The notes beneath the pieces are model-generated. The model did not search any database. It worked only from the letters and a program-made list of their open reading frames with translations, and was not told where the DNA came from. 43,373 nt of DNA, taken from the IMG/VR virus record IMGVR_UViG_3300026302_000002, positions 1-43,373 of that record. One strand, 5' to 3'. Of the stretch, positions 7,551 to 14,901 are shown in pieces. The position numbers and the translations under genes were made by a program. Source of the stretch: a virus. The stretch's first letter is position 1. Each line of letters starts with the position of its first letter.

Positions 7551-7874
7551 TCACTGCGGACACGGCTCCCCCTTCGGCTGCAAATGCGGCCACGGAATGG
7601 CGTTGTGGATTTCGACCGGCAGGGTGTCGCGGAAGGCGCGGCGGCGATCCTCGTCGGTCGGGACGTGCGGCACGCCTTCACGGCCGCGGTAGCAGCGCTG
7701 CAGGCTCAATCCCTGCAACGGGGCCGGGTGAAGGTCGGCGTCATCCTCCAGCGCGACGATCCCCTCGACCGCTTCCGTGGCGGCAACCGGGTCCGGCTGG
7801 GCCAGGTCCGGCAGCACCCGGCCCAACAGGCGCTCGAAGTGCAGGCCCAGGTGGTCGTAGATGTCGCCGATCAT
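7551..7874 (-). CDS. Hypothetical early protein
   Basis: ATGA overlap at 7871-7874 with the upstream gene. High GC3. Confidence 0.55.
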   Translation of the reverse strand: MIGDIYDHLGLHFERLLGRVLPDLAQPDPVAATEAVEGIVALEDDADLHPAPLQGLSLQRCYRGREGVPHVPTDEDRRRAFRDTLPVEIHNAIPWPHLQPKGEPCPQ

Positions 7875-8272
7875 GCTGCGCACCCCAGCGACTGGTGCTC
7901 AGCCGGCACCAGGTCCACGTTCCGCTGCTGGATCGCGCCCTCGGGCTGGGCGAACGGATTGGGCAGGGCGCGGACCCGGGCGATCACCGCCGCCCGCTCC
8001 GCCATCCGCTTCTCGTGCCGGTGCTGGTCCCCGAAGGACGCCGCCGTCGCGGTGAACGACTCCGGCCCGATCGGCGGCAGCGCCACCAGCATTTCCTGCC
8101 GCGCCGCCTCGAACGCCATCTCCGGGTCCCGGCTCACGAACAGCGCCGCCCGATAGGCCACAAGGCACGTCGGCAGGGTCAGCCCGGCGTTGAACAGGTG
8201 CGTTCCCAGCGTGTTCTGCTGGTCGCGCAGCTTGGCCAGCCGGGATTCGTCGTGCGGGTAGAGGCTGGCCAT
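7871..8272 (-). CDS. Hypothetical early protein
   Basis: 133-aa ORF. Its start lies 3 nt after the stop of 8276..8476. Confidence 0.6.
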   Translation of the reverse strand: MASLYPHDESRLAKLRDQQNTLGTHLFNAGLTLPTCLVAYRAALFVSRDPEMAFEAARQEMLVALPPIGPESFTATAASFGDQHRHEKRMAERAAVIARVRALPNPFAQPEGAIQQRNVDLVPAEHQSLGCAA

Positions 8273-8275
8273 GGG

Positions 8276-8476
8276 TCAGGCCTCCACCGGCTGGGCGGCG
8301 GCGCTGGCGGCCACCTTGGCGGACAGGGCAAATGCCTCCGCCGACCGCTGGGCCGGGCGGTGCATGCCGTACCACGTACCCAGACGGGCGCTCGCCCGCA
8401 TGTCGATCTCGCACTCGGTGGCGAGGTACTGGACCCGGCTCAGTTCCCGGCGGGTCGGCTTGAACGTGCTGGCCAT
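8276..8476 (-). CDS. First gene of the early-left operon, small basic-N-terminus protein
   Basis: AAGGAGACGGAG precedes the ATG at 8476. It lies about 55 nt downstream of the predicted PL. Confidence 0.6.
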   Translation of the reverse strand: MASTFKPTRRELSRVQYLATECEIDMRASARLGTWYGMHRPAQRSAEAFALSAKVAASAAAQPVEA

Positions 8477-8533
8477 CTCCGTCTCCTTCGCCCTGGCCGC
8501 CGGTCTGGCGGGGTCGGTGGGGCGTTGGAGAGG

Positions 8534-8574
8534 AAGTTAGGCATTCCTACCGATGGATGCAATAGGTATTCCTA
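8534..8574 (-). promoter_or_regulatory. PL promoter with two operator sites (OL): TAGGCATTCCTA 8538-8549 and TAGGTATTCCTA 8563-8574
   Basis: On the minus strand: -35 TTGCAT (8557-8562), 17-nt spacer, -10 TAACTT (8534-8539). The segment is near-identical to the OR segment 9994-10033. Confidence 0.65.
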
Positions 8575-8630
8575 ACTTCCCGACGAACGGTCAGTGAATG
8601 CTCAGGGCCAGCTGTTTCGCCCCTCGGGGA

Positions 8631-9224
8631 TCAGGGTTGCTTCTTGCCCCAGCTGCGCCAGTTCGAACCAGACGCCGGCTCAGCCGCCGCCGGCGCAGGG
8701 GGAAGTGCCGGCGCAGCACCATTGGCGCGGCCGACCATGTCGCGCACGGCAGCGATGTCGACAGGGTCGAGCGAGCCTTCCTTCCCGCAGATTCGGTACT
8801 CGACCCGCTGGGCGTTGCCGATGGCGGCGAGCTGGTCGAGCGAGGCCTCCTGGGTCATGAACTCGACGAGCAGGCGATCGAACCGCTTCAGGTCGTGCAC
8901 GACCATCCCGAGCTTCAGCGGCTTGTCGTCGACCAGCCAGTCGATGGTCAGGCAGCCCACGAACTGCGCGCTCTGTATCGCGTAGCGGCCGGGCTCGGGG
9001 GAGATCATGAAGCGCACCGCGCTGATGGGTGTGTCGCCACCCTGGTGGATGAAGAAGCTGGGGATCGGCTTTCCGAAGGAGGCACCCTGGGCCTGGTGCG
9101 TGTACTCGATCTTGCGCTGGCCAGTGAACCTGTCCATCTGGTCGGTCACGTTCTGGGCGGAGGCGGACGCGCCAATCGCCATGCAAAAGCTGAATGCCAG
9201 AACCTTCATGGATTTCCCCTTCAA
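8631..9224 (-). CDS. Secreted/periplasmic protein of unknown function, last gene of the repressor operon
   Basis: Signal-peptide-like N-terminus MKGKSMKVLAFSFCMAIGASASAQ. 4-nt overlap with the upstream ORF. Confidence 0.7.
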   Translation of the reverse strand: MKGKSMKVLAFSFCMAIGASASAQNVTDQMDRFTGQRKIEYTHQAQGASFGKPIPSFFIHQGGDTPISAVRFMISPEPGRYAIQSAQFVGCLTIDWLVDDKPLKLGMVVHDLKRFDRLLVEFMTQEASLDQLAAIGNAQRVEYRICGKEGSLDPVDIAAVRDMVGRANGAAPALPPAPAAAEPASGSNWRSWGKKQP

Positions 9225-9532
9225 TGCGCCGGCAGGCAGTCCGGCAAGCTGGCCCCGATCTCGGCCGCGTCCACGTAGCCATGCATGCGATCAAGCAGGT
9301 CATCAAGCTGAGGCGCCGACAAGTCCGACATGTAGGACACGCCCTTCGCATCGAGGAAGTGCGTGATCGCCTCCTGCCACCCGTACATGTTCGCGATTCG
9401 CAGAATCGAGCGCATCTTCCGCGCCCTCGGCGACACATCGACCGGTGGGTGCATCAGGTCAGGGGAGACATCCGCCTGCAGGCCAGCCTCCGAAAGGATC
9501 GCCGCCAGTTCATCTCGAAGCATCGGGTTCAT
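9221..9532 (-). CDS. Hypothetical protein co-transcribed with the repressor
   Basis: 103-aa ORF overlapping the 3' end of the cI-like gene by 23 nt. High GC3. Confidence 0.6.
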   Translation of the reverse strand: MNPMLRDELAAILSEAGLQADVSPDLMHPPVDVSPRARKMRSILRIANMYGWQEAITHFLDAKGVSYMSDLSAPQLDDLLDRMHGYVDAAEIGASLPDCLPAH

Positions 9533-9968
9533 GCGTGGACTCCATCGTCGCCAGAATGCCGATCAGCGCCGACTCGACCGCCTGAGGGGTCGATGCCGCT
9601 GATGCCTCCTGGTCGGCATAGAGGGAAGCCACAAGTCGCGCCTTCACCCGTGGTGGAAGCCTGACCCGCGCCTTTTCGACGGCCGCCTCGAGCGTCCCCA
9701 GGAGCTCGTTCAGCTTGGCAACGTCCAGTCCCACGGGCTGCGACGCCTCCCGGCGGGGCCCTTTCCCGGTCATCAGGTACTCGGCGCTGGTGCCCAGCAG
9801 GATGGCGGATGCGACGAGGTTGTCGCCCGAGATCATCTTCGTCGGCTTGCCTTGGCCGAACCATCCGCTGACCGAACCGGGCTGGATGCCACAGGCACGG
9901 GCGATGTCGGCCTGGGTATGCCCAGTTTCCGCCATCCGGTCCTGCATTCGTTTTGCCCAAGGTTCCAT
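9510..9968 (-). CDS. cI: CI-like XRE-family repressor (HTH only, no S24 peptidase domain)
   Basis: HTQADIARACGIQPGSVSGWFGQGKPTKMISGDNLVASAILLGTSAEYL is an XRE helix-turn-helix. The gene is divergent from cro across a 71-bp operator region. Confidence 0.8.
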   Translation of the reverse strand: MEPWAKRMQDRMAETGHTQADIARACGIQPGSVSGWFGQGKPTKMISGDNLVASAILLGTSAEYLMTGKGPRREASQPVGLDVAKLNELLGTLEAAVEKARVRLPPRVKARLVASLYADQEASAASTPQAVESALIGILATMESTHEPDASR

Positions 9969-10033
9969 TAGGTCAGCCTAATCCGACGGACGGTAGGAAT
10001 GCCTATTGCAACGGCGGTAGGAATCCCTAACAT
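9969..10033. promoter_or_regulatory. OR region: three TAGG-N4-CCTA operators (9969-9980, 9994-10005, 10018-10029) with PR and a putative PRM
   Basis: PR: -35 TTGCAA (10006-10011), 16-nt spacer, -10 TAACAT (10028-10033), which places +1 at the cro ATG (10040). Minus strand: TAGGCT (9975-9980) lies 7 nt from the cI ATG (9968). Confidence 0.6.
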
Positions 10034-10039
10034 GGCCGT

Positions 10040-10231
10040 ATGGACGCCAACCAGATCATCGACGCTCTCGGGGGCACCTTCGCGGTTGCCCGTCTCTGCA
10101 ACGTTCGTCCGCCCTCGGTGAGCGAGTGGCGCCGGACCGGCATTCCGGACGCCAGGCTCCAGTTCCTTCGGCTGGCGCGCCCCGAGGTGTTCGAAGCGCA
10201 GCCCGGCGCCGACCAGGCCAAGGCTGCCTGA
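10040..10231 (+). CDS. cro: Cro/YdaS-like small HTH regulator
   Basis: 63 aa. GGTFAVARLCNVRPPSVSEWRRTGIP matches the Cro/YdaS-type HTH pattern. It is divergent from cI. Confidence 0.75.
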   Translation: MDANQIIDALGGTFAVARLCNVRPPSVSEWRRTGIPDARLQFLRLARPEVFEAQPGADQAKAA

Positions 10232-10235
10232 CATG

Positions 10236-10406
10236 TCACGGGCACCCCAGCTTCCGCACCACGACCCGGCCGCCGGCCATGCGCAACGCGTAGGCGTCGC
10301 CGTCGGTTCGCAGCAGGGTCACTACGTTCGGTGCGGTGCTGGCCAGCAGGCGGCGCAGGTGCGCCTGGGCCTGCCGATGGCTGGGTTTCGTTCGTCCTGA
10401 TTTCAC
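10236..10406 (-). CDS. Possible 56-aa ORF antisense to the early-right operon (GTG start)
   Basis: Not in the ORF track (under 60 aa). My translation is VKSGRTKPSHRQAQAHLRRLLASTAPNVVTLLRTDGDAYALRMAGGRVVVRKLGCP. About 43 of the last 49 codons end in G/C. A GGAGA lies 10 nt upstream. Confidence 0.3.
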   Translation of the reverse strand: MKSGRTKPSHRQAQAHLRRLLASTAPNVVTLLRTDGDAYALRMAGGRVVVRKLGCP

Positions 10407-10490
10407 GACGGCTGGGTCTCCGAAAGGGGCCCGGCCATCTTTTCGACCGACGGCGTGAAACGCCGTTAACGATCAAGCACAGAGGTTCAC

Positions 10491-10835
10491 GTGCACCAGC
10501 TCAAACTCACATTCGAGCCCGGCCTGGCCCAGCGCTACAGGGACCAGAAGGAATGCTTCGCTGCCTGCGTCTATGCGCGTGGGCTGGGCCGGGTGGCTGC
10601 CGCGTTGGACGTCACGCCGTCGGGATTGTCCCAGATGCTGTCGGGCGAGCGGAACCTCGATTCCAGCCTGATCGAGCGGTACATGACCGAGTTCGGCGAC
10701 ACGACGCCGGCGCTGTACTGGGCCGCCAAGCACCTGCAGGACGCCGGCACGCGCCAGCAGCAGGCGTTGGCCCAGCTCCCCGGGCTGGTCGATCAGCTGC
10801 AACGCATCATGGCCGAGGCTGGGAGGGCCGCATGA
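10491..10835 (+). CDS. CII-like HTH regulator (by position and motif)
   Basis: GTG start. GLGRVAAALDVTPSGLSQMLSGERNL is a helix-turn-helix. It sits after cro and before the replication genes. Confidence 0.5.
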   Translation: MHQLKLTFEPGLAQRYRDQKECFAACVYARGLGRVAAALDVTPSGLSQMLSGERNLDSSLIERYMTEFGDTTPALYWAAKHLQDAGTRQQQALAQLPGLVDQLQRIMAEAGRAA

Positions 10836-11005
10836 AACCCGACCCCGCCCAGAAGTTCGCCGAGTGCGCCGAGCTCTCCAGGCACAACCCCGGCCTGACC
10901 GATGTAGAGCGACGAGAGTTCTCCGCCAGCGTGGCCAGGCAGCGGGCAGAGGATGATCGGCGCCGGCAGCCGTCTCCGCAGCTCGAGCTGGGGGAGGCTG
11001 CGTAG
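10832..11005 (+). CDS. Small hypothetical protein (57 aa)
   Basis: ATGA overlap with the upstream stop at 10832-10835. It is an internal Met of the shadow track ORF 10331..11005. Confidence 0.5.
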   Translation: MKPDPAQKFAECAELSRHNPGLTDVERREFSASVARQRAEDDRRRQPSPQLELGEAA

Positions 11006-11826
11006 TGGCCAGAATCAGGACCATCAAGCCCGAGCTGGGCGCCCATGAAGGGCTCTTCGACCTGGAGCTGGAGACTGGTCTGCCGATCCGATTCGCCTGG
11101 TGCATGTTGTTCACCGTGGCGGACCGCGAGGGCCGCTTCCAGTGGCGCCCGCGCACCCTGAAGGCGCAGATTCTTCCCCATGACCTGGTTGAGTTCTCAC
11201 GCGTGCTCGACGCGTGGGTCACGCGTGGATTCGTCGTGAAGTATCGCGTCGGTGACGAGTGGTTCGGGTGGATTCCGACCTTCACCAAGCACCAGGTCAT
11301 CAACAACCGCGAGGCTGCATCCGACCTGCCATCGATTGAGCAGGCAGACGAGGTTTTCAGTAGCACAAACAACGACTTCGACGCGTCAGGCACGCGTCAG
11401 GCACGCGTCGATGACGCGTCATGCACGCGTGAAGTGCATGCACAAGTGGAAGGGAAGGGAAGGGAAGGGAAGGAAGGGAAGGAAAACACCTCTTCGGCTG
11501 CGCCGGCTTCGCCGACTCCGCCAGCCGACCTCGTCCCCACTGAGCCTCCGGTGCTGACCTTCCTGCTGAACGACGGTAGCGAGTTCGGGATCAGCCAGCA
11601 GCAGGCTCTGGAGTTCCGGGAGCTGTTCCCGGCCATCGACGTGATGCAGGAGCTGCGGTCGCTGAAGGCCTGGTGCATCGGCAACCGCCAGAACCGGAAA
11701 ACGCGCGCCGGGGCCATGAAGTTCGTGACCGGCTGGCTGTCCAGGGCACAGAACCGAGCGCCAACGGTGAACGGCGGGTCCGGCCCGCAGGCTGACCCGA
11801 ACCGGCTGCCGAGGCTGCGGGCATGA
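11005..11826 (+). CDS. Replication initiator (lambda O-like role) containing the origin repeats
   Basis: It lies immediately upstream of dnaB. Phased iterons and a polypurine tract sit in the middle of the gene. The two conserved-looking ends are joined by a low-complexity linker. Confidence 0.6.
   Translation: MARIRTIKPELGAHEGLFDLELETGLPIRFAWCMLFTVADREGRFQWRPRTLKAQILPHDLVEFSRVLDAWVTRGFVVKYRVGDEWFGWIPTFTKHQVINNREAASDLPSIEQADEVFSSTNNDFDASGTRQARVDDASCTREVHAQVEGKGREGKEGKENTSSAAPASPTPPADLVPTEPPVLTFLLNDGSEFGISQQQALEFRELFPAIDVMQELRSLKAWCIGNRQNRKTRAGAMKFVTGWLSRAQNRAPTVNGGSGPQADPNRLPRLRA
11381..11486. repeat. Putative origin: five ACGCGT-containing 11-bp iterons (11381-11435) followed by a 39-nt all-purine GGAAG-type tract (11448-11486)
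   Basis: ACGCGT occurs at 11381, 11392, 11403, 11414 and 11425, an exact 11-bp phase. The purine tract is ggaagggaagggaagggaagggaaggaagggaaggaaaa. Confidence 0.7.
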
Positions 11827-13133
11827 AGCGCGACGAGTCGGTCTACCACGTCGAGCGCCAGGTCCTGCACACGGCCATGCAGCGGCCGTCTTCACTGGCG
11901 GAGATGGCCCTGCACCCGAAGCACTTCGGGAACGAGATCCACGCCCAACTGTGGGAGCTGATCCAGGCGCAGACCCAGCAAAATCGCCCGATCGACCCGG
12001 TCGCGCTGCTGGACGCAGCCGCGAAGCAAGGGCGCCGGACGGTGTCGGAGGCTGCGTTGGCTATCGGCTCGGCCGCAGACCTGTACCCGCTGACCGACGT
12101 CGGCTACCACGCCCGCACCATTGCCGAGGCTTGGCGGTCGCGCGAGACCCTGCAGATCGGTCTGGACCTGGCGGCGGCGGCGAAATTGCGGGAGGACGGT
12201 GCAGCCGACGCGGCCATGCAGCGCCTGATGGACCTGCACACCGACGACCGCAACTTCGAGCACACCGCGCGAACGGCCGTCCGAGCCGCGCTGGACGAGG
12301 CGGCGCGAGCCCGCGCCAACGGCGGCCGGATCCTCGGCGTTCCTACCGGGCTATTCGACCTGGACGACACCCTCGGAGGCCTGCACGACGGCGACCTGAT
12401 CGTGGCGGGTGCGCCCCCGGGCACGGGCAAGACGGGGCTGCTGCTGGGTATGACCAGCGCCGGCGCAAAGGCCGGGCCGGTCGGGCTGATCAGCGGCGAG
12501 CAGCCCTCGGACCAGGTCGGGCTTCGGTGGCTGGCTGCCGGCACCAGCGTTACGGTCGGGCGGCTGCGCGCAGGCAAGTTCAACCACATCGACATGATGG
12601 CGATGGAGGGCGCGGCTGAGGACTTCGGCGATCTGCCGGTGCACATCTTCGACCGCGGTTCCCCGGACGTGACCGAGGTGATCCGCGTGGCCAGGCGATG
12701 GAAGGCCCAGTACGGCATCCGCGCGCTGTACGTGGACTACCTGCAGCGGCTGGAGATGGAGTCGCTGGCGAAGGCTCCGAAGCACGAGCGCGTCGGCGCG
12801 ATCGCGCGCTGCCTGAAGAACCTGGCGCGCGACCTGCGCATCCCGGTGGTGGCGCTGGCGCAGGTCCGTCGCCCGCAGGACGCAAAAGCCAACGACAACC
12901 CGCGGCTCAACATGCACCACCTGGCTGACTCCAGCGAAATCGAAAAAGAAGCCGACCAAATCCTGATGCTCTGGCGCGACAAGTCGAATCCGCAGGCAGA
13001 GCGCGCGTCGGCGGAGATTAACGTGGTCAAGAACCGCCACGGCAACCTCGGCACGGTCGAGTGCATCTGGCACGGCGGATCGACGTCGTTCCTCAACCGC
13101 AGCACCGAAGACGATTTCGCGGAGGCCGCATGA
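11823..13133 (+). CDS. dnaB: Replicative DNA helicase DnaB
   Basis: GVPTGLFDLDDTLGGLHDGDLIVAGAPPGTGKTGLLLGM (Walker A) and typical C-terminal DnaB motifs (DYLQ..., VVALAQVRR). Confidence 0.9.
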   Translation: MKRDESVYHVERQVLHTAMQRPSSLAEMALHPKHFGNEIHAQLWELIQAQTQQNRPIDPVALLDAAAKQGRRTVSEAALAIGSAADLYPLTDVGYHARTIAEAWRSRETLQIGLDLAAAAKLREDGAADAAMQRLMDLHTDDRNFEHTARTAVRAALDEAARARANGGRILGVPTGLFDLDDTLGGLHDGDLIVAGAPPGTGKTGLLLGMTSAGAKAGPVGLISGEQPSDQVGLRWLAAGTSVTVGRLRAGKFNHIDMMAMEGAAEDFGDLPVHIFDRGSPDVTEVIRVARRWKAQYGIRALYVDYLQRLEMESLAKAPKHERVGAIARCLKNLARDLRIPVVALAQVRRPQDAKANDNPRLNMHHLADSSEIEKEADQILMLWRDKSNPQAERASAEINVVKNRHGNLGTVECIWHGGSTSFLNRSTEDDFAEAA

Positions 13134-13669
13134 CCACCGCGGCCGAGAAGCGAGCAGCGAAGCGTGCGCGCCGGCCGGTGTACCTGGTCGTCCGTCGCCT
13201 GGTGGATCCGGCGACGGGCGAGGAGATCGGTGCGCTGGTGCCGGCTCATCCGATCGACCAGCGGTTGTTGAAGGAGCGCAGGTTCCACGTGGACCGAGAA
13301 GTCCGTGCCGAGTTGAAGCAGCCGCGGAACGTGGCCTTCCACCGCCTGGCGCATGCCGTCGGCCATCTGCTGGTCGACAACGTCGAGGAGTTCCGCGACG
13401 TGACCGCGCACGAGGCGCTGAAGCGGGTGCAGCGCGCCGCCGGCGTCTGCTGCGAACCCTTCGAAATCGACTTGGGGCCGGTGCTGGGCAAGGTCACCGC
13501 CATGCAGGCGCGCTCGCTGGCCTTCGACGAGATGGAGGAAGACGAGTTCCGGACCTTCTTCGACGGAGTCACCGCCTACATCGGCGAGCACTACGCCGGC
13601 GTGATGCTGGACGAGGTGCGCGGGGAGTTCTGGGAGATGGTCAACGGCGACAACAGGATGGCTGCATAG
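13130..13669 (+). CDS. DUF1367-like phage protein
   Basis: ATGA overlap with the dnaB stop. RNVAFHRLAHAVGHLL resembles the DUF1367 pattern (from memory, unverified). Confidence 0.5.
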   Translation: MTTAAEKRAAKRARRPVYLVVRRLVDPATGEEIGALVPAHPIDQRLLKERRFHVDREVRAELKQPRNVAFHRLAHAVGHLLVDNVEEFRDVTAHEALKRVQRAAGVCCEPFEIDLGPVLGKVTAMQARSLAFDEMEEDEFRTFFDGVTAYIGEHYAGVMLDEVRGEFWEMVNGDNRMAA

Positions 13670-14575
13670 ATGGATGCTATCGACATGTTCGCCGGCAGCG
13701 GTGGATTCAGTGAAGGCGCGCGACAGGCCGGCTGCAATGTGGTGTGGGCGGGCAATCACTGGCGCGAGGCCTGCGACGTGTACCAGCTCAATCACGGAAT
13801 CAAGCCCGCGTGCGATGACATGCACCTGACGAAGTGGGAGACCGTGCCGAAGCATGACCTGTTGCTGGCCAGTTGGGCCTGCCAAGGGTTCACGCCGGCC
13901 CAGGGCGGCAGGAAGCCGCAGACGGACACGCAACGCGCCACAGCCTGGGCCGTAGTTTCCGCGATCGAGTATCACCGCCCATACGCCTTCATCGGCGAGA
14001 ACGTGCCGGCTTTCGCCAAGTGGGAGCTTTATCAGGTCTGGTGCGAGGCAATGACCCGGCTTGGCTATGCGCTGAACATCATGGTGCTGGACTCTGCCGA
14101 CTTCGGGGTGCCGCAGAACCGAGTGCGCCTGATCATTGTCGGGACGCGCAGCAAGCACCCGGTAGAGCTGAAGCTGGAGAAGGACGCGCACGTGCCGGCT
14201 TCAAGCTTCATCGAATTCAACACCGGCCGGTGGTCGCCGATCCAGCGCAAGGGCAGGGCAGAAAACACGGTGAACCGGATCGCAAACGGGCGTCGGCAGC
14301 ACGGCGACCGGTTCCTGACTGCGTTCTACGGCGCGGAGAAGGGCGGCCGCAGCCTGCACCGCCCCATCGGAACAATCGTGACCCGCGACCGCTGGGCCGT
14401 CATCGATGGCGACCGGATGCGAATGATCAATGTGAACGAAGCCCGGAAGGCGATGGGCTATCCGGACAGCTACATCCTGCCGAACAACTCGCGCGATGCG
14501 ATGCACATGCTGGGCAACGCGGTCACGCCGCCAAAGGCCAAGCGCGTCATCGAAGCGCTGAGGGAGGCCGCCTGA
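13670..14575 (+). CDS. dcm: DNA (cytosine-5) methyltransferase
   Basis: Motif I DMFAGSGGFSEG, motif IV region SWACQGFT (Ala in place of the usual Pro), motif VI GENV, motif VIII QNRVRL, motif X GNAVTPP. Confidence 0.85.
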   Translation: MDAIDMFAGSGGFSEGARQAGCNVVWAGNHWREACDVYQLNHGIKPACDDMHLTKWETVPKHDLLLASWACQGFTPAQGGRKPQTDTQRATAWAVVSAIEYHRPYAFIGENVPAFAKWELYQVWCEAMTRLGYALNIMVLDSADFGVPQNRVRLIIVGTRSKHPVELKLEKDAHVPASSFIEFNTGRWSPIQRKGRAENTVNRIANGRRQHGDRFLTAFYGAEKGGRSLHRPIGTIVTRDRWAVIDGDRMRMINVNEARKAMGYPDSYILPNNSRDAMHMLGNAVTPPKAKRVIEALREAA

Positions 14576-14901
14576 TGCGCCCGGAACTGCGCGACGCCGC
14601 CATCCGCGACATCGGCTGCATCGTCTGCCGGGCGCGCGGCCTGGGCTTCGTCCCCTGCGAAAAACACCACCTACTGACCACCGGCCGGCACGGCACCGGG
14701 AAGCGCCGCGGCGAGCAGGCGACGGTCGGCCTCTGCACCTACCACCACCGCGGCATCGGCGCGCCCACGGCGCAGCTGGGGCCGTCCTACGCACGCGAGC
14801 CGCGCAAGTTCCGGGAGCTCTACTCGGACACCTGGCTGCTCGAAACCCAGAACGCGCACATCGCCGAATGGCAGCGCAACACCATCGGAGCCGCAGCATG
14901 A
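14575..14901 (+). CDS. Ref-like (P1 recombination enhancement) HNH-type nuclease
   Basis: TGATG coupling to dcm. CIVCRARG...CEKHHLLTTGRHGTGKRRGEQATVGLCTYHH matches the CxxC...HH...C..HH pattern. Confidence 0.5.
   Translation: MRPELRDAAIRDIGCIVCRARGLGFVPCEKHHLLTTGRHGTGKRRGEQATVGLCTYHHRGIGAPTAQLGPSYAREPRKFRELYSDTWLLETQNAHIAEWQRNTIGAAA

Noticed and set aside
8276-8540. First PL gene as a lambda N-like antiterminator with a nutL hairpin in its leader
   Set aside because: The protein has a mildly basic N-terminus (KPTRRELSR). The leader hairpin (CCGCC-AGACC-GGCGG) does not resemble the candidate hairpin at 10450-10466. The evidence is too weak for a call.
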